From NCBI GenBank assembly GCA_030704615.1, contig CM060731.1, forward strand, positions 94,984,001 through 95,048,000: 64,000 bases of DNA, in the 5' to 3' direction. Below the pieces are notes generated by a model. The model ran no database searches, was not told the DNA's origin, and saw only the letters and a program-made list of their open reading frames with translations. Position 1 is the first letter of the stretch. Every line of letters starts with the position of its first letter. The position numbers and the translations under genes were made by a program. Shown here piece by piece: positions 51,671 to 62,589 of the stretch. This DNA is from Takakia lepidozioides (taxonomy: Eukaryota > Plantae > Bryophyta).

Positions 51671-52418
51671 TGTCGCGCACCTCACTCCGGTAAGCTCCCC
51701 TTCAAGTCATAGTTACTCGCTTTGATGCGCGCGCCTGACTCCCAACCTGGCCGCCGGGCCAACTTGGAGCTTCGGCTGCTCACCGGGACATAACGGTCCC
51801 CCCCTTCGCTTCCTTCTAAACCCTCCACCTCTTTGGGACTAGGAGAATTCCCTTTGGTAGATGGCAGTCCGGAACAGCTCCCCACTCTTTGGTCGCTTTC
51901 CGGCTCGCTCGCTTACTCACTAGTTTTTGGTCACCAACGGGCTTGCACCGTTCTCGGGGTTACTACTCCCTATATATACTTCTGTAGCTGTCCGCGGGGG
52001 TTCCACAACCAGCCATGCCATTTTATGGCGAACCACCACGAAAACCCTCGACTCCCGGTGGTGAGTCGCGGTGAGTCTTGGCCCGCTCACCACGGCCCCT
52101 ATGGACCGTGATGAGTCCCAAGACTCCCCACGACTCCCACCACGAGGTCTCCGCCCCCATGGTGAGTCCTATGCCACCCCCACTAAGTCCCACTAAGCTA
52201 CCACCACCCCTTGTGGAGCCAACCCCCCCGCTTGTGGAGCCACCCCCACCGCAACCCGGTGTGCGGGGCTCCACCTAGTGAGCGCCTCCGCTTCCCTGAG
52301 TGCCTTGGGCACTCAAGGGTGCCTCAGCCCCCCATACCTATCGCTGCCGCTGCCCCCACCACAGGGGCAGCCCCTGATGTGTCCCGACCCCCTGCCCTCA
52401 AGGCAAAGGGCCGCGACA
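51671..52418 (-). repeat. 5' LTR (748 bp)
   Basis: Near-identical to 45408-46154; contains a TATA-like TATATATA. Confidence 0.95.
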
Positions 52419-53460
52419 GAATATCCAACAGGGGCCGCCCGGATGAAGTCGCCTCGGGCGGAGAGGCGGGCACCTGTCCGACAGAGAACATCCCTCGGAT
52501 GGAAATTCGGTGCCGAATTTGCATCCGGACCCCCCCAAAGAAAGTCGTGTCGGGGGGTCAGGCCGAAAAGTGGCCGACATAAAAACCTCCCCGGATGGAA
52601 AAACGGCGCCGAATTTACATCCTGGGCCGTTCGGATGCAGTCGGCTCGGGGGGAGAGGCCGGCACATGGTCGTCACATTACAACCCCCGGACGGGAATTC
52701 GGCACCGAATATCCAACAGGGGCCGCCCGGATGAAGTCGCCTCGGGCGGAGAGGCTGGCACATGTCCGACAGAGAACATCCCCCGGATGCAAATTCGGCG
52801 CCAAATTTCCATCCGGGCCCCCCCAAAGGAAGTCGTGTCGGGGGGTCAGGCCGAAAAGTGGCCGACATAAAAACCTCCCTGGATGGAAAAACGGCGCCGA
52901 ATTTACATCCGGGGCCGTTCGGATGCAGTCGGCTCGGGGGGAGAGGCCGGCACATGGTCGTCACATTACAACCCCCGGACGGGAATTCGGCACCGAATAT
53001 CCAACAGGGGCCGCCCGGATGAAGTCGCCTCGGGCGGAGAGGCTGGCACCTGTCCGACAGAGTACATCCCCCGGATGCAAATTCGGCGCCAAATTTCCAT
53101 CCGGGCCCCCCCAAAGGAAGTCGTGTCGGGGGGTCAGGCCGAAAACTGGCCGAAATAAAAACCTCCCCGGATGGAAAAACGGCGCCGAATTTACATCCGG
53201 GGCCGTTCGGATGCAGTCGGCTCGGGAGGAGAGGCCGACACCTGGCCGTCACATTACAACCCTCGGACGGAAATTCGGCACCGAATATCCAACAGGGGGC
53301 GCCGGGATAAAGTGGACTCGGGCGGAGGGGATGGAAAACCGGTGCCGAATTTCCATTCGGCATGTAATCGCGATCGTGGCCACATGGAAAACTGGCGCCG
53401 AATTTCGATTCGGCATGTAATCGCAATCGCGGCCAGATGGAATTTCGGCAACGAATTTCC
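52419..53460 (+). repeat. 288-bp (3 x 96) tandem array, right part
   Basis: Repeated ORF starts at 52595, 52883 and 53171 give a 288-bp period. Terminal spacings are 64, 53, 53 (cores 53276, 53340, 53393, 53446). Confidence 0.95.
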
Positions 53461-53609
53461 ATGTAGGAACTAAGAGGGATGGAAAAGAAGCAAGGAATTT
53501 CTCTCTACCAGTCGAGAATTCCCTGAAAAGCGTGTCTAAAAGTGGACTTCAGCCACCAAACTTAAGGTTTAGTGTCTTTTTAGACCAAAAAACCAAGCGG
53601 CCACGCTCA

Positions 53610-54140
53610 GAAATACCTGCAGGATGGTAATTCGGCGCTTCGACTTACCTGGCGGCTGGAAATTCGGCGCCGAATTTCCATCCGGCCGCGCTCCGAGTTA
53701 CCTGCTTGATGGAAATCCGGCGCCGGATTTCCATCCGGCCGCGCTCCGAATTACCTGCATGACGGAAATTCGGCGCCGGAATTCCATTCATCCTGGCTCC
53801 GAATTACCTGCAGGATGGAAATTCGGCGCCGAATTTCCATCCATCCGCGCTCCGAATTACCTGCATGACGGAGAATCGGCGCTCCGACTTACCTGGCGGA
53901 CGGAAATTCGGCGCCGGATTTCCATCCATCCGCGCTCCGAGTTACCTGCAGGATGGAAATTCGGCGCCGGATTTCCATCCATCCGTTTTCCGAATTACCT
54001 GCATGACGGAAAGACGGCGCTCCGACTTACCTGGCGGACGGAAATTCGGCGCCGGATTTCCATCCATCCGCTTTTCGAATTACCTGCATGACGGAAATTC
54101 GGCGCTCCGACTTACCTGGCGGATGGAAATTCGGCGCCGA
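53610..54140 (+). repeat. 53/32-bp palindrome array (B2)
   Basis: Cores at 53665, 53718, 53771, 53824, 53877, 53909, 53962, 54015, 54047, 54100, 54132. Confidence 0.93.
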
Positions 54141-55526
54141 GGGCTTCGTTGCGTCATACTTCATTCGACATTTAATTGCGTAGTTGGGCATTAAATGTCC
54201 TCCGCCGTCGGTTTTGATTCGTGATGGCGACAGAGGGATTCCGCGCTTGCTTCCTCGATACGTCTTGGAAACCTAATGCTAAACTTGGATGAAGTTCTAT
54301 TCGAGGCATGTACGCAAAAATACTGAGATCTTTTTTCTTTTGCTGGGACTTATGTTGCGTGAAGGGCGTGGCTCTCCTGAGAGAGACCCCACATCCAGAC
54401 TGCGGCGGAAGTTGAAGGCTTTGTACTACGGGCGACGGCCAACTTCTCGCATGGCCAAACTTAAGCTCCAGCAGGAGATTCCAGTGTCTTGCTCACAACC
54501 CGCGCCAACTGAAGCCGAGTACTCCCAGGCAAACCACTTCCGCTTTCGCTTTGTTGTTTACTTCGTTTTTTGGTTTGTTTTCGCATCTTCAGCCTGGCAT
54601 CGCTGGAAGCATATGGTTGCATCGCAAAAGCAGTAGCTGTTGAGAAGAATGATCAAGGTCAGAGTGGTTAAAAATTAAGGAAATCCATGCTGAGCTGAGA
54701 AGATTGTCTGAGCAGATGAAGTGCCTTCAAAACATTTCACCCTGTTTTCCCGTCTTATGGAATTCGTGTTCATTTGTTCATCGTGTTACATGTTACCGGT
54801 TGAGTGAACCTTAGATAGTTTGCAATGCGTGTGCAAACCCGGCAGCTCTTGAGAAGGCTGCTTGTGCATGTCATTCTTAGGCATTGGTTGGATTTGTTTT
54901 CATTGTTGTTCCACGATTGTTGCGATGGTGGTTGCGCTGCTCGTTGCGATGGTGGTTTTCATTCCGATGTTGGTTCTCACAATTTTCGGGAATGACAGAG
55001 TGACGACGAGCCCGGCACACTGGTGGTATCATCGACAGCTCCAACTCATCGCATGTTTGGATTGCCCAACTTGGGGCGGGAGGGCAAACTAAAACCTTTT
55101 GTTGGTGGATGGGAGGACCTGCAGCGAGAGTACAACAGAATAGGCATTGGGGAGGTTGGTGCAGGCGGCATGGCAGGTGAAGGGCGTGAGGACGTGAGGA
55201 CAGCAAATCCGGCAATGGAGGTTGTTGATGCACATGCAGTAGGGCCCGCCCACGCAAAGAAGAAGAAGAAAGCCAAGCACATGCAATCCCCGGCGAGAGA
55301 GCCGTCACGGGCTGCGGAGGGGGGAGTGTGCAGTGCGCGCGAGGGTGTCAGTTCTCCTCAATCAAAGGTGGTCGTCCTGGAGGGCTCCCCTACTGCTAGC
55401 CCTAGTAAGAAACAGAAAGCCCGTGAGAGGGCAAAAGAGAGGGCAAAAGAACAGGCGAGACAAAAGGCTAGCCAGGAGGAAAGAGAAAAGGCCACTGAAG
55501 AGGCCACGGGTGCCGAAATGACAGAT

Positions 55527-55910
55527 AACTGGAAAATGGCGCCGAATTTCCAGTTCGGGTCCAGCCAGTCTAGGGACTTAGCCCGAAAATGGCTAAGTCC
55601 CTGAACGGCAATAGGGCCTAGAACTGGAAAATGGCGCCGAATTTCCACTTCAGGGCCAGCCACCCTAGGGACTTAGCCCGAAAATGGCTAAGTCCCTGAA
55701 CGGCAATAGGGCCTGGAACTGGAAAATGGCGCCGAATTTCCAGTTCAGGGCCAGCCAGTCTAGGGACTTAGCCCGAAAATGGCCAAGTCCCTGAACGGCA
55801 ATAGGGCCTAGAACTGGAAAATGGCGCCGAATTTCCAGTTCAGGGCCAGCCAGTCTAGGGACTTAGCCATTTTCGGAGCCCTGACTGGAAATTCGGCGCC
55901 ATTTTCCCTA
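55527..55910 (-). repeat. 95-bp intronic double-hairpin tandem repeat (inside the inversion)
   Basis: Each unit has AACTGGAAAATGGCGCCGAATTTCCAGTT and AGGGACTTAGCC-cgaaaat-GGCTAAGTCCCT. Confidence 0.92.
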
Positions 55911-55974
55911 ACACCACATGAGGCCTCTAACATCCTGAAATGCAAGGACTTGAAAGGAAGGCATCGCGTATGTA

Positions 55975-58024
55975 CCTGTACAGAAGGCGCATTGCTGATT
56001 TGTCCGCGTTCGGCTGGTCGATGAACTCGTGGCTCCGGCGGGCATGGGGTATCTCCCGAAAGAATAGGTCGGTTTTGTACAGCAGAAAGTACCTCGTCAC
56101 ATAGTCGCGTAGGCTCTCTGCTGCAGGAGAAATCTCCATCTTGAACTGATGTGCTTGTGTGTCCAGCTGCTCTTGCGCATTCGTCGTCACCTATGGAGAT
56201 TCTCCATCAGATCGCTATCCTGAAAAAATACAATGAATCCACCCCCTACAAGAGTAGAAGCGCCAAACGAAGCATGGGGAAGTACTTGAAACCACCATAT
56301 CATGCGGTTCATCCACATGTCGAATGTCGGGTCAGACAGTTTGTCCGGTTTGGATTCGTAAGCGCCAAACACCACAAAAACGAGTTGTTGCCACCACAAT
56401 TTGGTTAAGAATGTATCACCTTTTCTGTTGCATCCACACAGGATGTGGCTAGACGATGGAGCTTCTCCAATGTCATCGTGGGCTTCAGAGCGGGGGAGTA
56501 GTGCTTCCCCACCTCCACCAGAAAGTCGGCACCAAGGGCGGGATCAGCTATGGCCACGTACTTTACCATCCGCGACTTGTACTTTATGCGGGCCCTAGCC
56601 TCCGCAGCTTTGAGATACGATTCGAGTGTCGGGAGGGTTGGATTCTTCTCCTCTGACTCCATGTAGAACCTCCGCGCATGTGCCAAATCCTTCTGAATTT
56701 TTGTCTGTCAAGAATGCGCACATAAGATTAGAGATCCTACTCAACACTTTTTCTTCTATTGGGGGAGGAGAGACAGATTAGCTCAACAAAACTGTCAGGA
56801 GCTTTACCCGAAATATGTAGTCCACCATGGCGTCCATGCTCAGCCTATACCAGGTTCTGTCTGCCTTTGCCTCCGACTTGCGCAGGAGGTCGGCACTGAG
56901 CGAATTGGCAAACTCTTGCACCCCCTGCTTCCCGACATCCTTCACTCAGAAGAGCATATGGGACAAGTTGGTGGCAATGAAGGCATTCTCAATCACCCTG
57001 CAATGCCACATTTCCATCAAACAATACTGAAATGGGAATTTTGAACAAATATGAGGATTCGCAATGAAATGACTTACAAATTTTGGGTCCAAAAGCAAGA
57101 GGCCTTGTAACTTACGAGTTGATGTCCGCCATTGCAGCTTTGAGAAGACTGCGATCTTTGGGCCCCGCAACCTTCAGCACAACACACTCCACGGCGAAAT
57201 GCCAATCGAGGTCGTTGGGGTGGGCTTCGGCTATGTGCTCCATCCATGCCAGGAGGCGATGATTGCCGTCCCACACGTAAAACATCTTTCCGGACAAGTG
57301 CTGGAAAAGAGGATCAGTAGCAATCGATCTCTCGAACTCCTCATTTCGCCTTTGCCAATGGGGACCCCATTTGTCCACCTCATCGGAAGTGTGGGCACGG
57401 GAAGTTCCGTGGTCGTTCTCAATGGAAACGTAAAACTTGGCAGACCCCGTTCGATATCCATCCCGGAAAGAGAATTTCAGCTTGTCAATATCGCCTGGGA
57501 GGGCAGGTCTCACCACCTGCAATGACACCAAGCGGCAAAGGGGAATTCGAAACTTGGCCGGGTACACCATGCCCCCCAGCACCTTGCCAATGTTGCTGTG
57601 GGTTGCCTCCAACATCTTGGCAGCGGCCAACTTCATATCCGCCTCCGACATGACGTCTGCTGCAGAGGGGTTCTCCGGCAGCCCACCAAGACTGCCCAAT
57701 CCAGCCTGTATGCTGCGGGTTTGGGGCCTGGGGATGTCCGGGAGGATGTCATCCTGGTCAGAAAGCTCGGTGTCGTCCTCCTCAACATGGTCAACCACTG
57801 GTGAAACCACCTCGAGCACTCTCCCCGTCTCTACTGCCCTCTCCCCGGCTTCACCTCGAACTTGCACAATCCGTGCTCTTTGTGGTGTTCTTTCCTCTCC
57901 TCCACTGTCCACCGTATGGGTAATTGCGGGGGTTGCTCTTGTCCGCGATGGTGTAACTGGTGTGTTACTGCCTCTTTGTGGTGTCTTGGAGGCACCGTCT
58001 ATGTGCGTCCCTCGCTTACATGGG
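55975..58024 (-). pseudogene. Inverted middle segment of the B2 ParB-like gene
   Basis: ORF 57112-58024 contains WDGNHR (57256-57270). Downstream exons are homologous to 42392-43565. Confidence 0.85.
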
Positions 58025-58350
58025 CTATTGCCGTTCAGGGACGTAGCCATTTTCGGGCTAAGTCCCTAGGGTGGCTGGCCCTGAACTGGGAATTCGGCGC
58101 CATTTTCCAGTTCTAGGCCCTATTGCCGTTCAGGGACTTAGCCATTTTCGGGCTAAGTCCCTAGGGTGGCTGGCCCTGAACTGGAAATTTGGCGCCATTT
58201 TTCCAGTTCTAGGCCCTATTGCGGTTCTGGGACTTGGCCATCTTCGGGCCAAACCGGGAAAAATGGCGCCGAATTTCCAGTTCAGGGCTCCCAAGATGGC
58301 TAAGTCCCTAGGGTGGCAGTCACCGAAAACCGAAATTCGGCGCCATTTTT
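58025..58350 (+). repeat. 95-bp intronic repeat, remainder in the original orientation
   Basis: Reverse complement of the units at 62590-62900. Confidence 0.9.
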
Positions 58351-58442
58351 CCATTTCTAGGCCCACTCACATCCGCCCCAACCTCGGAAAATGGTGCCGA
58401 ATATGCATTTCAGGGACCTCATTGTGTTTTTCATGAATGCAG

Positions 58443-59281
58443 GTACTGCAAGTTCTCCCTTTTGGAGAAAGGTCATCTGTCTTTCGAGCCACCATTCTTC
58501 CTGGCATGGAGGAACCCTGGGGCTGACTCCATGTACACTGACGATATTGTGAAGGAGTGGCATCTGGAACATTTGCGTGATTGCCCTTGGTATGTGGACC
58601 TTCCGCCCGGCTCGCTCGACCCATCCGAGTTTCAATTGAAGCTGGATGCTGAATTCCGACGAAACCGGGCTCCACTGCCTCCGTTGGGTGCAAAAGAAGC
58701 AAAAGCGCTTGCGAACTCCAGGAAAGCGGCAGAGCTTGCTTAGGCAGGAATTCAGGAGAAATTGCATGAGAAGAGTAAAGGCCAAAGGAAAAGGACAAGG
58801 AAACATGTGAGTGCAGTAACACTCAAAAAGAAGAAAACCATGGGGGCATCGGAGGAGGCGCGGGAGGGGACCCAAGAGAGTGACTCGGACGACGACTTTG
58901 TTCAAGGTCCTGCGACTGCTGTTGCTCCTACCCAGTCACCGGTCGTCCGGGTTCCCAAGTCAGTTCGGAGTGGGACTGGCTCTGCCAAGAAGTTGGAATT
59001 TGATGGCGAGCCTACACGGCAGTATTCGGCGGTGACGATTATGCACAGGCCAAAGCTAGAACCTCCAGCCATCATCTAATGCGTCAATGAGAGCTTTCTT
59101 GACGCTCTCGCTGCCAGGGCGAAGAAGGTGGCACACAGCAAGTCTCTGGCGGAGCAGAAGGGGAAAGCCAAGAAGAGGGCTGGCGGTACAGAGCCTAAAG
59201 ACACCCCTGGTTTTGAAGCCATGATGGAATTCTTCACGGCTGTGAGCACGGATTGCAAGAGCACTCGGGGGGGGGGGGGGG
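58443..59281 (+). pseudogene. B2 fusion-gene exon, truncated at a poly-G run just before MTase motif IV
   Basis: Near-identical to 61670-62500 (reverse complement) but with stops at 58741 (CAG to TAG) and 59077 (CAA to TAA). Confidence 0.85.
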
Positions 59282-59931
59282 AGAGAGACGAAAAACGTGC
59301 GAGTCAGAATGAGAAAGTTGCGCAATCTGCAAAACGCTGATGAGCAGGTTGCACAGGATACGTCAACCCATGAATCACAACAGATCACAGAGCCGGTCCA
59401 GCCTGAAATGGAGGGAAGAATGGAAGGCAAGGAGACTGCCCCGGAGACCATTGTGCATAACATGGACATCGACACCACCACCATCGGTGAGAAAGAAGCG
59501 ACACCAAAGGAAGTTGTGAGGACGCAGCAAGAAGAGGCATCGAGAAGTGGTGTCATGAAACCCAGGGTAATCCTTCTCCCAAACTGCATGAATCTCGCTT
59601 GACTGTCGTACCAAGTGCATAGATAGGATACGAGAGATCCCCTGAAAACTGGGTGTGGCACCGCACTCAGTTTTGAGGGGAGCTCTATCACTTCCATTGT
59701 AGGCCGAGGTGAATAACTAAGTCTTAGAGACAGCAGGATCTGAAACGGAAGCCTAAGAGGGACACGGAGAAACTGAGTGCGGTGGCACACTCATTTCAAC
59801 TGGATGCTTGCCGATCGCTTGGGCATTAGGGAATCAGGAAGGTGATGTTCACAATTTAGGTCCGTGAGACACTGGAGTGGTCACCCTGAACTGAATGCGC
59901 CACCGCACTCAATTTCTGAGCTCCATGGAAT
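59282..59931 (+). mobile_element. Fragment of a second family C element
   Basis: Reverse complement of about 27927-28575, including three TGAGTGCG-N4-CGCACTCA-type palindromes. Confidence 0.9.
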
Positions 59932-60160
59932 GGGGGCTGCTATTTCATGAGCGGCATGAGCATGAGCGGAAAAAAAAAAAGCATGAGCAGACCATTGTGA
60001 GTCCACGGAAATAGGGTTAGGAGGCACGGAAATAGGGTCATGTGAAGTTGGAATGTGGCACCAGTGGACTTGAAATGCAACATTTTATTGCAAATTTTGT
60101 GGCAAGCCACGTCTATACAAGTGTGTTCTAACTGTTATAGCCGGAATGGGCACTACTCTC

Positions 60161-62500
60161 CTACACCCTCCGAGGAACTTGCCCCACCTTCTTCCTCATC
60201 CCCCTCATCCCCTCATCCTCCGAGCTCTGTGATGCATCAGTTCCACTATGCCTCTCAAAAATCCCGTCCTCTCTTTGGGGGACTGTCCACCTCACCTCCT
60301 GGGAATCTTCTGCGTCTTCTCCCCCACTTTCCTCAGCAGAATCCAAGACAAATCTACAAGCCCGACGGGCTCTAATAGCTGCTGCCTCCTCCCTCATCTT
60401 CATTTTCTTGAGGCTTGCCTCGTCTAAAATTTGTTGTACACGACTACGTTCGGAACACCTCCTAATGGACACCGAAGCAAGCCGGGCAGCATAAGTAGGA
60501 AGGATGTACTCCCTTTCTGGACTAGGCATGAAATCCCCCCTCGCAAAAAAAGGCACGTTCCTCCTGCCCATGAACTCCGGTGTAGACGTCCCTCCTGCAG
60601 TACTTGGCATCCTACAGTAAGAACAAATCCACTTCAAGAATGTCAATACCAGCACAACCAGAAAGGGTTTTCAATGAAATAAGAGAGCGGAGGGAGGTGC
60701 CTCACAAAATCTGGAGGCAACTTACAATGCCACCACTCACTCGTAAACCGGGGGCTCCTCGGCCTCGATCCCAACTTCCTCCCCCTGCTCCTTCTCGGAT
60801 TTTTCCTCATCCTCCGAGGATGCCTCTTCCTCTTTCGGCAGACATTCAGCCGCTGCAAGTTCCGAGTTGTGGAGGGCAGTGTCTGGCTCGAAGGCAAACA
60901 CATGCTTGTCGGACAATGTCCCTGCCCACATTGAAGCACCTGAGGAACAAAGCGGGCGGTTCATAGCTTGCGGCATGCAATTGCAATCGGGCCAGGGGAC
61001 AAACTGAGCACATGAAGGCTTACCCGTGCCGCATGTGAGGTCCAGAATCCGCCCTTGGACATCCGAGCACGTCTCCATGAGGGTTTGGATGAAAGCAGGG
61101 CTCCGGGTCCGGCTGTACCGCCACGGTTTGCCTGTCTTTGTGTCCTTCGGCATACTGGAGTGGGGCACATAGTTGTAGAGGACATCGTAGGTAACAGGGT
61201 CCACAGCGGCATCAACAAGACGACCGTCGTTGCGGAATTTGAACGTAGACCCTCTCTTCACAAAGCAATATGCCTCAAACACCAATGTCTGCACATCCAT
61301 CAAAGAAGGGATCAACTCCAGGGTCTACTTAACATACACCACAATATGAAGTGAATGCAATAGATTGATAACTTACACTTTGGCCCTCTATTCGCAACCC
61401 CTGTGTACTGATGCAGAACCATTTTCTGAGGAGGACCGGGGTGACTCTTTTCGGTGTCCACCTTGCCACCGCATTCTCTGTGGTCTTCCCTCTCGTGGCA
61501 AGGACAACCACACATCCACCGTCATCCAGAAGCATCCCCGCCAGCCCAAACCCGGCTTTCCAGTAGTCCTCAGTAAACCTGTTCCAGATGGGCACACCAT
61601 CCAGGCCCTCCAGCAGCTCCCCATCTGGAATGTCGAGGAGAATCATGTCGCAAGCTCTCTCCACCTCAACCCCCCCCCCGAGTGCTCTTGCAATTCGTGC
61701 TCACAGCCGTGAAGAATTCCATCATGGCTTCAAAACCAGGGGTGTCTTTAGGCTCTGTACCGCCAGCCCTCTTCTTGGCTTTCCCCTTCTGCTCCGCCAG
61801 AGACTTGCTGTGTGCCACCTTCTTCGCCCTGGCAGTGAGAGCATCAAGGAAGCTCTCATTGACGTATTGGATGATGGTTGGAGGTTCTAGCTTTGGCCTG
61901 TGCGTAAACGTCACCGCCGAATACCGCCGTGTAGGCTCGCCCTCAAATGCCAACTTCTTGGCAGAGCCAGTCCCACTCCGAACTGACTTGGGAACCCGGA
62001 CGACCGGTGACTGGGTAGGAGCAACAGCAGTCGCAGGACCTTGAACAAAGTCGTCGTCCGAGTCACTCTCTTGGGTCCCCTCCTGCGCCTCCTCCGTTGC
62101 CCCGATGGTTTTCTTCTTTTTGGGTGTTACTGCACTCACATGTTTCCTTGTCCTTTTCCTTTGGCCTTTACTCTTCTCATGCAATTTCTCCTGAATTCCT
62201 GCCTGAGCAAGCTCTGCCGCTTTCCTGGAGTTCGCAAGCGCTTTTGCCTCTTTTGCACCCAACGGAGGCAGCGGAGCCCGGTTTCGTCGGAATTCAGCAT
62301 CCAGCTTCAATTGAAACTCGGATGGGTCGAGCGAGCCGGGCGGAAGGTCCACATACCAAGGGCAATCACGCAAATGTTCCAGATGCCACTCCTTCACAAT
62401 ATCGTCAGTGTACATGGAGTCAGCCCCAGGGTTCCTCCATGCCAGGAAGAATGGTGGCTCGAAAGACAGATGACCTTTCTCCAAAAGGGAGAACTTGCAG
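60161..62500 (-). CDS. 3' half of the element B fusion gene: beta-class N4C/N6A DNA methyltransferase-like domain
   Basis: CDMILLDIPDG (motif IV-like, 61623-61634)...YWKAGFGLAGMLLDDGGCVVV...RSPAFIQTLMETCSDVQGRILDLTCGTG|intron|ASMWAGTLSDKHVFAFEPD. The IV...X-I order is beta class. The only lesion I noticed is one extra G in the run at 61670-61679. Confidence 0.8.
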
Positions 62501-62589
62501 TACCTGCATTCATGAAAAACACAATGAGGTCCCTGAAATGCATATTCGGCACCATTTTCCCAAGTTGGGGCGGATGTGAGTGGGCCTAG

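Larger units (their letters stand above)
45408..52418 (-). mobile_element. Full-length Ty3/Gypsy chromovirus LTR retrotransposon (Galadriel-like Gag), 7011 bp
   Basis: TG...CA LTRs at 45408-46154 and 51671-52418 with only a handful of differences. 5-bp TSD GAATA at 45403-45407 and 52419-52423. Domain order gag-PR-RT-RH-INT-chromo. Confidence 0.97.
43811..59281. mobile_element. MULE-like element B copy 2 (both ends lost; carries the Gypsy insertion and a 2.5-kb inversion)
   Basis: 43811-44220 duplicates 38230-38635. 54160-55526 duplicates about 40130-41392. 55860-58024 is the reverse complement of about 41394-43680. 58350-59281 is the reverse complement of about 61670-62600. Confidence 0.85.

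Noticed and set aside
34017-59952. Ends at 34017 and 59932 as the two TIRs of one 26-kb element
   Set aside because: Both face the same direction, and their flanks (ggtgagacaa versus tccatggaat) do not form a TSD.
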